A DNA stretch of 64,000 nt from an uncultured Nitrososphaerota archaeon (GTDB taxonomy: Archaea > Asgardarchaeota > Njordarchaeia > Njordarchaeales > Panguiarchaeaceae). A program made the position numbers and the translations under genes. Below the pieces are notes generated by a model. It had not been told where the DNA came from and did not search any database. It saw only the letters and a program-made list of their open reading frames with translations. Numbering within the stretch: position 1 is the stretch's first letter; every line of letters begins with the position of its first letter. The stretch covers positions 9,481 through 73,480 of the forward strand of contig CAZWPQ010000002.1 of assembly GCA_964636085.1 (NCBI GenBank), given 5' to 3'. Positions 17,469 through 28,600 of this stretch are shown in pieces.

Positions 17469-18680
17469 CTAATGTGGTTTCCAAGAACTTATCTTTCTTA
17501 ACCTTTTTATGGCCTTGGGGATCTGTTCTAAGGCATAGTCTATATCCTCTATTTTGTGGTATCTACATACCTTAAATAGGATACTTCCATGTGCCTCTTC
17601 ATGTTTTCTACCAATAGCCATTAGGACGTGGCTTGGTTGAAGATATCTGCTGGCACAGGCAGATCCGCTGGATGCATATATTCCTCTTAGGCTTAGTTCT
17701 ACTGTTATTGCTTCTCCCTCCGCATACAAGAAGCTTATGTTGACGTTGTCTATGACTCTCCTATCGCCTTTAGGACCATTTAGAATTGTATAATCCACGT
17801 TTTCGAATATTCCATTCATAAGTTTGTCTCTCAAGGATCTTACATATGATACATTAGAGTCGAAACTATTGAATGCTAACTCTACTGCTTTTTTGAATCC
17901 CGCTATGATCGGTATGTTCTCGACACTGGGCCAATATTTTTCCGAGCTAATTTGTCCTCTTATTATTGGAACAATGTTTATTCCCTCTCTAACATAGAGA
18001 ACCCCAATGCCTCTCGGTCCATGTATTTTATGACTACTTAATGTCAACATGTCCACACCCAATTTCTTGACGTCTATTCTCATCCTACCGTAGGCATCTA
18101 CAGCGTCAGTATGGAATACAACATCTGGATTTTTATCTTTTGCAATATCAACAAGCTCTCTAATATTTTGTATTGTACCTATCTCATGGTTAACAAGCTG
18201 AATGGATACGAACTTGACATCCTTATCCATATATGCCCCAAAAACTTCTGGATCTATAAATCCCTCCTCGTCCACTGGTACATATTTTACATTAATTCCC
18301 ATTGCCTTTTCTAGATAATTCATCACAAAAAGCACACTTCCATGTTCGATTATGGAAGTGAGAAATTTGTCCTTCTTGTGGGATAGTGCAAACCCCATGA
18401 TTGCGAGGTTATTTGCTTCAGTCCCACTATTTGTAAAAATAATCTCATCAGGAGAACTTGCACCTATAGTAGACGCGATGAGGTTCTTAGTACTATAGAT
18501 GACCTCGTAGGCCTCCCATCCAGGTTTATGGGTAATTGCAGGATTGCCATAGCCGATTGTATTAAAATAAGGTAGCATAGCCTCAACTACTTCATCTGGC
18601 ACAAAACCATTATTCTCTAGATCAAAATATACCTCCTTTTTGGGCTTGCCATGAACCTTCAGAAGCTCTCTAATCGACAT
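17469..18680 (-). CDS. iscS: Cysteine desulfurase, NifS/IscS-like (class V aminotransferase, group I)
   Basis: The PLP lysine lies in SSHKIHGPRGIG. The active-site loop is SSGSACAS. It is the last gene of the iscU-tusA-iscS string on the minus strand. Confidence 0.9.
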   Translation of the reverse strand: MSIRELLKVHGKPKKEVYFDLENNGFVPDEVVEAMLPYFNTIGYGNPAITHKPGWEAYEVIYSTKNLIASTIGASSPDEIIFTNSGTEANNLAIMGFALSHKKDKFLTSIIEHGSVLFVMNYLEKAMGINVKYVPVDEEGFIDPEVFGAYMDKDVKFVSIQLVNHEIGTIQNIRELVDIAKDKNPDVVFHTDAVDAYGRMRIDVKKLGVDMLTLSSHKIHGPRGIGVLYVREGINIVPIIRGQISSEKYWPSVENIPIIAGFKKAVELAFNSFDSNVSYVRSLRDKLMNGIFENVDYTILNGPKGDRRVIDNVNISFLYAEGEAITVELSLRGIYASSGSACASRYLQPSHVLMAIGRKHEEAHGSILFKVCRYHKIEDIDYALEQIPKAIKRLRKISSWKPH

Positions 18681-18694
18681 TGCCCCGACCAGTT

Positions 18695-18925
18695 CTATTT
18701 AACCTTGATACAACGAATAATATAGACCCCATTCTTCGAAACTTTGTCCTCTATTCTCAAGTTTTTCTTTCTAATTATAATCATAATGGCGTCCTCAGGT
18801 ATTTCGTTGGGGTCAAAAATGATCTCCACTTTTTCTCCCGCGCCTACTTCCCTAAGTTTTCTATTCAGACGAATTATTGGGTGGCTCACACATCCAGGCT
18901 CCCTCCTAGTCAGATCTATCCTCAT
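18695..18925 (-). CDS. tusA: TusA/SirA-like sulfur-carrier protein
   Basis: It is 76 aa. The N-terminal Cys motif is REPGCVSHPIIRLNRKL, a variant of the CPxP motif. It has the two-layer alpha/beta size and pattern of TusA. It overlaps the iscU 3' end by 20 nt. Confidence 0.65.
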   Translation of the reverse strand: MRIDLTRREPGCVSHPIIRLNRKLREVGAGEKVEIIFDPNEIPEDAIMIIIRKKNLRIEDKVSKNGVYIIRCIKVK

Positions 18926-19529
18926 TTTTAGCCACCCCCATAAATATTCTTAGCCTTTCCATCGCTCCCTCCTCATTCAACACATGCTTCTCAACGTTTG
19001 TAAGTTCCTCAGGAAGCCAATCGGGTTTCCTGCCGATCTTCTCAAAATAGGCCCTAATTCCCCTTCTCAATGCACCAACGGCAAGAATAGAGCAATGATA
19101 CTTTATGGCTGGAAGCCCACCAATCTCATCAGAAACATCCTTCCAAGAAACATTCCAAGCAAATCTTAACGACTTACCCTTAATCATCTCGGTCAATATG
19201 GATGTCGCAGCAATGTTGGCCGCACAGCCATAGCTCTCAAACTTTGCGTCAGAGATAAAATACTCATCATTTACCTTCCTAATCTTCAGATAAATCGTTA
19301 TCATGTCCCCACATGCCGGAGAACCAGCTCTAGAAACAATATCGGCATCTTTCATCTCCCCAAAATTCTTCGGGTTCCTAAACAACTCTAGGATCTTTGG
19401 AGAATATGGCAACGGAGTCCTACTAGACAAAGCATGGCACCCATACAAGCAATAAAGGCGTATCCTCATAATAAATAATAATCCATAGCGGTTTAATACT
19501 ATATCTATATAAAAGGAAAGGATGACCAA
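18906..19529 (-). CDS. iscU: IscU/NifU-N-like Fe-S cluster scaffold protein with a C-terminal extension. The start is probably the internal ATG at 19469.
   Basis: The three conserved Cys motifs are present: GSPACGDM, ESYGCAANIA and IKYHCSILA. FRNPKNFGEM matches the IscU N-terminus. Confidence 0.85.
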   Translation of the reverse strand: MVILSFYIDIVLNRYGLLFIMRIRLYCLYGCHALSSRTPLPYSPKILELFRNPKNFGEMKDADIVSRAGSPACGDMITIYLKIRKVNDEYFISDAKFESYGCAANIAATSILTEMIKGKSLRFAWNVSWKDVSDEIGGLPAIKYHCSILAVGALRRGIRAYFEKIGRKPDWLPEELTNVEKHVLNEEGAMERLRIFMGVAKNEDRSD

Positions 19530-19640
19530 AAGAATGTGTATCTCGAACCAAATTACACCGTCTTCAAAAATAGAGACCCATCAATTCTCCCCCTAGGGAC
19601 ACCAATAATGACTTTTTCTATGTATATCCCCGTACTGCGC

Positions 19641-20403
19641 TTAACTGTATTTTTTCCATTGACTTTTCTCATCAGTGTGAGGCATACCAAGGGCACAATC
19701 TTTTTTAGGAAATCGCCTGGGAAAAAGCGTTTTTCCGACTTGTTGTAGTACTTGTCTATACCATATAATTAGCTGTAATATCTTCCTCTGGAGTTTTATG
19801 CTTTCATCCATCATTTTTATCGCATCTTTTAGATTCACATCTTTAAGTCTATCTATTAGACCCAGCACATCGGTTACCCTTTTTTACCTCATAGATTTTC
19901 TCTGAAAGTATGTCTGGCGGCATCTGTAGCTCGTAAAATCCCTTTATATGAAGACAATAATCAAAGCTATAATATTTTTTCCACAAAGTCCTTTTTCCCC
20001 GAACTTTTCTTAGCGTTCTTATAAAAAATGCTACTCCAAATTCTATGCCCCTAGCCTTCTGTTCAGAAACTCCCATAGCAATTAGTGATGCTTTTCCAGC
20101 ATTTCAATAGCGCGCCATGCCTTTCTCAGCAGCATCAAATATTTTTCCTTTTCTAATAATCTTAGGGGGTCCTCATATATTTGTGGTGTTTGTGATATAA
20201 ATAATTAATATTTGCTTTCTATATATACCTGAAATACAATTCATCTGACTGTTTCCCCCAGAATATACCCTAAATTCTCCCCTGGAAAAATTTCGCCAGA
20301 AGAGTCTTTCCAGCTGTGAACAGCACGGCATACTTTCTCTTTTCACACCGCGACCCTTGGTTCTGCTTAAGGAAATAGCAGATGTTTTCTCTGGGACGGC
20401 CAC
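19641..20403 (-). pseudogene. Decayed gene remnant, probably an archaeal P-loop ATPase (Arch_ATPase-like), broken across several frames
   Basis: Three abutting short ORFs on the minus strand are each in a different frame. An alternative frame at about 20300-20400 reads GRPRENICYFLKQNQGSRCEKRKYAVLFTAGKTLLAKFFQG, a degenerate ...REkE...G.rR.GKT.L P-loop region. Downstream fragments include LRLLEKEKYLMLLRKAWRAIEMLEKHH*. Confidence 0.35.
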
Positions 20404-21054
20404 AAGGTATCCATTGATGGTAAGCCTAAGCTCGAGGAGACTAGGGTTTGGTTCGTTGTTCTTTTTGGCGATAGTAAGTACTTCTCTGAGGGGTTATCTT
20501 GGTGCTTTTGCTTGGAGATACATACTGGTGATTGGGCCTCGTAGGGATATGCCGTATGCCGCGAGGCCGAGGCCGTTTATTGTGGCGTATACTGTATTTT
20601 CTGGCGCTATTTGTGGTGGATCTATAGGCTTCGTGTTGTTGTTGAGTGCGTCTTTGCCTATCTTTCTAAGTGTGGTAAGTTGTTGTCTAGGTCTGTTTCT
20701 TCGGCTTGTCGTGAGGTTCTATCTTCTGTTCTTGCTAAGAATATTGCTACTCGTGTTTCGCTTGGTGTTTAGGTGAGACCATTGTCGTGCCTTTATGGGT
20801 TGTCTTGTTATTTCGAAAGTTTGCCAGTCCACATGTCGGTGGGCTGTGTCCTAGCTCATTAAAGGGCAAAAGAGACAAAATGTATTCTCTGTAGTCAGAT
20901 GAAAATATTGAAAATGCTCAGCCTATCCATAACCTAGGACTCGGGTGATCCCCTTTCACCTCCTCCTAAGATTATATTTACTCTATATATATGCAATCTG
21001 GAGGGTTTCTTTTTTGTTAGAGATAAGATTGTATCTTGTGTCATTATATTGTTG

Positions 21055-21084
21055 TATGATTAACTTTTTATATGATTAATCATA
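21055..21084. promoter_or_regulatory. Operator candidate for vapBC: a 14-bp perfect palindrome plus an upstream half-site
   Basis: TATGATTAATCATA lies at 21071-21084, and a TATGATTAA half-site repeat lies at 21055-21063. Both flank a TTTTTATAT box. An AGGTGA SD and ATG 21107 follow. Confidence 0.5.
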
Positions 21085-21106
21085 TAGTAATTTTAGGTGA
21101 TGAATT

Positions 21107-21355
21107 ATGTCGAAAAGGACAGCGGTGATTCTTGATGATGATGTTTACGAGATTCTAGTAAGAGAGAGTTTGCGTAGGTTTGGGAATACTAGATCTATCT
21201 CCAAGGTTCTTAACGATCTTATTAGAGAAGCCATAAAACTGAGGGGGTTACTGAGCGTCCTCGAGCTTACTAGAAGGAAGAAGTATGCTTCGATATCCGA
21301 GGCGGAGTTCGAGAAATTTAGAAAAAACCTATCGAGGAGTTTCGAAGATAGGTGA
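21107..21355 (+). CDS. vapB: Ribbon-helix-helix (CopG/VapB-like) antitoxin
   Basis: The N-terminal KRTAVILDDDVYEILVRESLRR is a beta-strand plus helix typical of RHH. Its stop overlaps the start of the PIN gene (GTGA). Confidence 0.7.
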   Translation: MSKRTAVILDDDVYEILVRESLRRFGNTRSISKVLNDLIREAIKLRGLLSVLELTRRKKYASISEAEFEKFRKNLSRSFEDR

Positions 21356-21840
21356 AGCATGTGATCGTGCTTGATACAACATATTTTCTGCCTATAGTGG
21401 GTATTGGAGTGAAACATGACTTTTTTTCAGCTCTAGAAAGAAACGAGATTTTTGTTGACCCGAGAGAGATATATTTGAGTGAAATAACGCTTTTTGAGAT
21501 TCAGGCGAAAGCTGCGAAGCTTGGTGTGCCACCTAGGAGAGTTGCCGAAGGCATAGAAGCTATAAAGGAAGCATTCAACGTTATTCCATTTTATGAACCA
21601 GAAATAATAAGGATATCATTCAAATTGAGGAGAATATTCCCCGACTACATAGACTGCATAATACTGGCAACAGCAATTAGTAGGAAATATACCCTACTGA
21701 CGGAGGATAGTGATATACACTCCAACAAACAGGCAATACTCATCGAGATCTCCGACAAAAAAGTAGATATTTTAAATCTGACAAAACTAAAAGAGATGTT
21801 TAATAATAGGTTGCCAGATGGAAAATTTAATTTTTTGTAG
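21352..21840 (+). CDS. vapC: PIN-domain ribonuclease toxin (VapC-like)
   Basis: The four acidic residues occur in PIN order: VIVLDTT, LSEITLFEI, IDCIILATA and LLTEDSD. There is a 4-nt overlap with the upstream antitoxin gene. Confidence 0.85.
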   Translation: MKHVIVLDTTYFLPIVGIGVKHDFFSALERNEIFVDPREIYLSEITLFEIQAKAAKLGVPPRRVAEGIEAIKEAFNVIPFYEPEIIRISFKLRRIFPDYIDCIILATAISRKYTLLTEDSDIHSNKQAILIEISDKKVDILNLTKLKEMFNNRLPDGKFNFL

Positions 21841-22622
21841 AGGCTGTTTCTGTCTTTTCTGGGCCTTGATGTTCTCTATTATGTCTGTCCCTATACACAT
21901 AGGGCCCTATATCGTAAAGTTCCGACATCTTTTATGTTCCTAGAAACAACATTGATAGATACTTTTAAGCCTCTTAGATATATTAGAAACAGTTTGGAAT
22001 TTCTACGCTTCTTGATAAAGCATGGATGTAAATGAAATGCCCAAGTGCTTAATATTAATGCCCCCCTACATTATGAAGCCTAGAAAGTCATAGGACACAT
22101 ATAGGGTAACTATAATTGTCTTTTGACACTATTGTTTATAGGTAAATAAGCTGCATGCAATATGGCAACAAATATTGATGGTTTTTAGTCCTTTCCCATG
22201 TGAAGACATTCACACGAAACCTCAGGTGGAAAGCATTTCAGATACCCGACATAAGGTTCATTATGGAGGGTTAGGTTAGATAGGGACACTATCTTCTATA
22301 CGTCAATTTTAATCACACTATGTTTAGTATGCGTTATTACTATTCGCTTGTTGTGTCTTTCGTTGAATGAGATAGTTGATGGTCTTAGCAGAACAAATAT
22401 TATCGAAGCCCGGATTGAAACAGGACAATCTCCATAAAAGACCAAATTTTCTGCATGATACCAAAAATAAATTTCCTGTTAGAAACAATACCAGAGAGAT
22501 ATAGTTGCATCTAAAAAACTGTAGCGGCTTTGTACTTTGTAGGGTCTATATAAAAATACGATCGGTCAGGATTTTTATATATTATTTTCCAATTTATTAT
22601 TTATGGTACTCTCGCTTATAGA

Positions 22623-25600
22623 TTGGGTGAGGGGGCCTTGTCGAAAATTTTGCGTGGTTTATCAATCATATTCCTAATAGTGGCGGCATCAATACCTCTG
22701 GCAAAACCCGCCAAAAGCTCTGACAAAGCTAGGATAGTGTTTATAAAGAATAATGGTGGACTCTCAGAATTCCTATATCAATTCTTCAGATCTAGGGGGG
22801 TTCCAGTTGTTCTTGTTGGAGATAATGGAAGACCTACAAAATCATCCATAATAGACGATACCGTAAAGTCTAGGCTGACTAGGGATGACATATGGGATCT
22901 AATAAGGATAGCTAGGGGAGAGGAAATACCCTCGGTTGAATATCAGGAGCTTAGAACAAAGACCGGACTAGATATAGATCCAGTTTCCGCTGGGCTCATA
23001 TTAAAATCACTAGATACTACAATTGATAGAGATCCAGAAGTAATATTCTTAGGCAAGTATAATATGTACATTAATTTAAGAAACTCATATGCAGCAATGG
23101 AGCACTGGCTAGTAAACCTAGAGAACTACGACTCCGACCACGACAAAATAGCAGATAAATTGGAGGAAATTATCGCTATAGGCACAGAAAAGATAGTGAT
23201 TCCTGGAAGAAAAGTGATGCTCGACCTAGGAGACATGATCGTCCCTATTGATGAGATAGGCCCAAAGACAATAGAGATAAGATACAGCAGAGATGACCTC
23301 ATATTTGTGGATGTTGCAGCGGCAGACCGAAGATTAGAGGAAGCTATTGCCTATTTCAAAAGTATGGGGGGCACCATAGAAACTGTATATAGGGAAATAT
23401 GTGCATTCAGCGGATATATAGAACTCTACAAAGTTCCATTGCTCTCCAGATCACCACTAATAGGGTTCATCGAGCAACATAACGAATATTTCTATCCAAT
23501 GACTTCCTGGACGGTACTTCAAATGAGAATAGGAACGCTAAGCACAAAACTAGTACCACCAAATTCATATCCAATGAATAATGAGACTCCTTGGGGCAGA
23601 GGCATATTCGGGGATCCCTCCATAGCTATAGCGATAGTTGACACAGGAATAGATGATACTCACCCTCTCACTAACAAGGTCATATATTGGTATGACTACT
23701 CAGGGGACGATGCCACAAGTCCCGAAGACTATCATGGGCACGGTACCCACTGTGCGAGTATAGCTGCAGGAAACATATGGACCGGCGACTATGTGGAGTG
23801 GGGGATAATTGCCAGAAATAGAACCGATAGTTTTGGTGCCTCGGGCAACTATTATTTGTATATAGACTCGCCGGGATGGTACGGGGTCGCGGCACTTTAT
23901 TATACATCGTCAGGAACGGCTGACATATCGTTTGAGGTATACGACCCCAATCATGTTCTTCTAAACACTAGCAGGCAAGTATATGCGTCGTTTTGGGGCA
24001 CCGTCGAGATAGAGCAGGCAGTGTTTAATGCCTCCCTGCCAGGTACCTATAATGTATCAGTGACGAACCTTGGAACTACAGGGGGCACTCTGATCGTAAC
24101 ATGGGAAAAACAGTTCCCTTATGGTTCATATGGTTCCCAACCTGGAAGACATGCTGGAGTCGCCCCCGAGGTTAAGTTGGTTGGCCTGAAAATATTTGAC
24201 AGGTCTGGATGGTTTGGCGACTATAATTTTGACTCGATAAGATGGCTGATACAGAACGCTAGTGACTATAATATTACTGTTTCCTCGAATTCATGGGGTG
24301 GAGGAGATGATGCCACTCTTAATGAACTCATGAACCAACTGGTGATGAGTGGGGTTGTTACCGTAGTAGCTGCGGGGAATGATGGTGCTGGAGGAAACAT
24401 CGGATCTCCCGGATCCGCCGACTTAGTAATAACTGTTGCCGCGATGAACGACATAAATGAAATCTCAGAGTATAGTACCTCTGGAGACACGACAACTGGG
24501 AATACAATAAAGCCAGATGTATCTGCGAATGGTGGTACTGGGTATTATAATGGAGACTATATAGATAAGGAGGACTCAGATCTTGATGGTAGCTCTGGAG
24601 CTGTTGCAGCTGCGGATTCTAATGATGCCGATAATGCCCCATCGGGAGGAGGATTGTTGGGGGATGCAATAACCACACTGGATAATTTCTGGGATATTCA
24701 GGGAACATCGATGGCAACTCCACACGTGAGTGGGCTCGCAGCTCTCGTTGTTAGTGCTTTGGGAGGAGCTAGTAGTTGGGTTTGGGATGGAGAACATGCA
24801 CTAAAGGTAAAGATGTTGATCTTGATGACATCTGTGGAGTTTACTAGGGCAGAGACCGGCCAGACCGTACCATCATTGGATAGGGGCGGAAAGGATAATG
24901 TGGAGGGATACGGTAGGGTTAATGGTGATGCGGCAGTCATGGCTGTTTTAAATGAGCTATTCCCTAATAGGACATATAGATATACCTTGGGTTCAAATAA
25001 TTCAACCGCAATAGCGCAGGGCATAGCTCCCAGGGTATGGGCGGGCAAAATATACCTAGAGGCAGGATCTAGGTATAGGTTCAATCTGACTGTCCCAAGT
25101 GGGGCGGACTTTGACCTATATATCTACTATGGAGAGCCAGATGAGTATGGTCAACCAGTCATAGCTGGCAAATCTACTAGTGATTCTATAGGAGGAAACG
25201 AAGTGGTCGATATTATAGCAACGAAATCTGGATACTACTATGTTGTTGTAAAGTGGGTGGATCGCTCTGCAACAACACCATCCATCCCGGATGAGCAAAA
25301 TTATGGTGAGTTTACTCTTCATATCGATATATTGGACAGAGGCATACCGATCGTGGAGATTATTGAGCCAGAAGAAGGAGATATTATTGAAGGTGTAACT
25401 AGGATCTATGTTAATGCAACTGATGTGGATGGGACAATAACATATGTCTATCTGAACATAAGTAATTCTACGTGGGGAACTGTTGTTGATATAACATCGA
25501 ACTATGATGCGTCCCGGGGCCTATATTACTATGATTGGGACACTAGTACTGTTGCCGATGGATACTATATGATATTTGCTGGTGCTAGAGATAATGAGTC

Positions 25601-28600
25601 AAAAACAAATAATGATACAATACAGGTACATGTATGGAACAATATCCCGCCAATACTTCTAGTTGATGACGACAAGGGTGATTCTTATGAGACATATTAT
25701 GAGCAAGCACTCCAAGACCTTGGGTATCAGAGAGATATTGATTACATCTATTGGGATGTATCGGTGAATGGTACACCCACAAAGTATTTACTTGATAGAG
25801 TCGTAATAGTCATATGGTTTACTGGTGATGATTTCACCACTACACTTACAACAGAGGAAAGGGATGTGTTAGAATATTATCTATCTAGGTGTGGGCAATT
25901 ATTCATATCTGGCCAAGATATAGGTTTTGATATTGGGGATACAACTTGGTATAGTACATGGCTAAAAGCTAATTATGAACGTGATGATACGAATATTGAT
26001 TATGTTAGGGGTGTCTCGGGGACTCTATTTGGTGGAGCCATATACAACCTATCTGGCACAGATAGTGCGAACAATAATGACTTTCCTGACGAAATATCTC
26101 CAACTGGTGGCTCAACACAAATACTCTATTATGATGATGACACAGGTATTGGGGCTGGAGTCATGTATGACGATGAGTACCGTCTTGTCTATATGTCCTT
26201 CCCATTCGAGGCTATTGATGGTTCAGTAAATAGATCCGACGCTATGCAGAGGGCCACGGACTGGATGAAGGCACCAATAGCTAAGATCTATGACTATAGT
26301 TTCTACATCGATAAATATACCGAGAATGTATCTCTCGCTATTGCGGCTAGGGCATACCATTATATTCGGAATCTCGAGATACTTATTAATGGAACGGTGG
26401 TGTATTCGTTATCTCCGGGAAGGAGGACTTACATCAATAATATAACCATTGATACTAGCTCGTTTCCCTCTGGGACACTAAATATTACGCTGAGGATTGT
26501 AGATAATAACCTTGACGAGGTAACAGATACTATATTCATAAGTAGGGAACATTTATATCTTGATTTGGTGTTCCCAAATACGTACGATCCTGTATGGTCC
26601 ACAACTAGGATCCTCGTTAATGCATCAACATACTCTGGTGTTAATCTGACAACACTAAATGTTACTATTAGCAATGAGACATGGAGCCAGATCATAGACA
26701 TTTTATCTAATTATGACTCACAAACGGGGTATTACTATTATGACTGGGATACTACGGGCGTCGCCGACGGATCCTATAATATATCTGTGTCAGCGATTAC
26801 TGATGAGGGATCTTCAAAGACGGATAATGTTTATAACATTGGCGTATGGAATGGGATAGTGCCTATATTGCTTGTGGATGATGATAACTGGCATGACTAT
26901 GAGCAGTATTTCATGGAGGCCCTCGAAAATCTGAGCTATCATTTCAACAGGGATTATGCATATTGGAATACCACTAGGAGGGGTGCTCCGCCACAAGATT
27001 TCCTCGACAGGGTTCAGATAATGATATGGGAATGTGGTCTTTCCGCACCTAATAGTGCTGAGAGAAATGCAATATCGGAGTTTCTATCGGATCTTGGCCA
27101 ACTATTTATAAGTGGACAAGACATAGGATACCTAATTGGAGATACTGATTGGTATAAAGATTGGCTAAGAGCTATATATGAGAGGGACGACACCAACATA
27201 AATAATGTGAGTGGGGTTGCTGGTACGATATTTGAGGGAGTAACATATCTACTCTCTGGATCAGATAGCGCCAATAATAATTTCTGGCCAGACGAGATAA
27301 GCCCAACAAATGGATCATTCCTAATGATGTACTATGGAAGGGATCCAAGCATAGGCGCAGCAATTGGTTATGATGGGTATTATCGTCTGGTCTATTTTGC
27401 ATATCCATTCGAATCAATAAATGGTAGTGAATACAGGGCCGATGCCCTTGATAGGATCCTCCAGTGGCTTAGGAAACCCATCGGTGCGATAGTTAGTCCA
27501 GAAAACATGACCATAACCAATAACGACACGATAGATATAATTGTTCATGCAAAGGCAATTACTGGGCTTGACATTATAAGGATATATGTCAATGGCTCCT
27601 TAGTAGTATTTGATGATATAGATGGAGTTGAACTAATTAAGCATTATGATATTGATGTCTCCGGATATCCGGACTATACAACACTCAACATAACTCTTGT
27701 AACGAATAGTGTTACTGGAGACATGGACACATTCATGATCTATATTATTAGGGACAAGGTGCCGCCGTATGCTGAGTTTCTATCGCCTGCTAATGGCTCC
27801 TATTTCAATGTGACGGATATAACATTTGAGTGGAATGGTACTGACAACTTTGGAATGAATCATTATGAGATTAGAATCGATGGCGGTGCATGGATAGATG
27901 TCGATCTACAAAACGAATATACATTCGCTGGCCTAGATGAGGGTATCCATACGGTCGACTTAAAGGCTATAGATCTCGCAGGAAACCAATTCACAACATC
28001 CTTAACTGTCATTGTTGACCTAACACCACCAGTCCTAATAGATATATTCCCCGAGAATGATAGCTATGTCCAATCAAAGGTTGTTATTTCATGGAACTTT
28101 AGTGACAACTATGAGCTGGATTGCTATAAGATTAGACTGGATGGTGGCGCATGGATTATGACAACATCCACAAGCCATGTATATGAATATCTTACAGAGG
28201 GAGAGCACAGTGTCTACATTAGGGCCTATGATAAGGCAGGTAATGTTAAACTAATTACTTTGAGGATAATTGCCGATACAACGGATCCATATATTGAAAT
28301 AACATACCCTCCTGGGGGAACATTCCTAAACACTAGTACGGTATATGTAGAGTGGTATATGAGTGACAACTTTGAGCTTGATCATTGTGAAATAAGGGTG
28401 GATGGTGGAGAATGGATTGATGTGGGTCTGGCATCAAACTATACAATATCTGGCATGTCTGAGGGCACACATATAATAGATGTGAGAGTCTATGATTCAG
28501 CAGGGAACTACGGGGAGGATACAGTAGTGATTTCGATAGATCTAACACCCCCAATTATTGTTGCCGTATATCCAGACTATGAGTTCTACATAAATACTAC

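Noticed and set aside
18680-18953. Plus-strand ORFs of 83 and 69 aa overlapping the tusA/iscU junction
   Set aside because: They lie antisense to the TusA-like and IscU-like genes, which carry family motifs and form an operon with iscS.
20357-20776. A 139-aa plus-strand ORF in the G+T-rich patch
   Set aside because: The product is almost pure L/F/V/R/S low-complexity sequence, and it lies in a region full of broken minus-strand frames. It is more likely a by-product of strand-skewed composition than a gene.
20400-20860. A locally GC-richer island considered as a structured RNA gene (RNase P RNA, SRP RNA or a tRNA cluster)
   Set aside because: The composition is strand-asymmetric (G+T on one strand, A+C on the other) rather than G and C being balanced. 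I found no long complementary arms and none of the conserved RNase P (GAGGAAAGUCC) or tRNA T-arm motifs.
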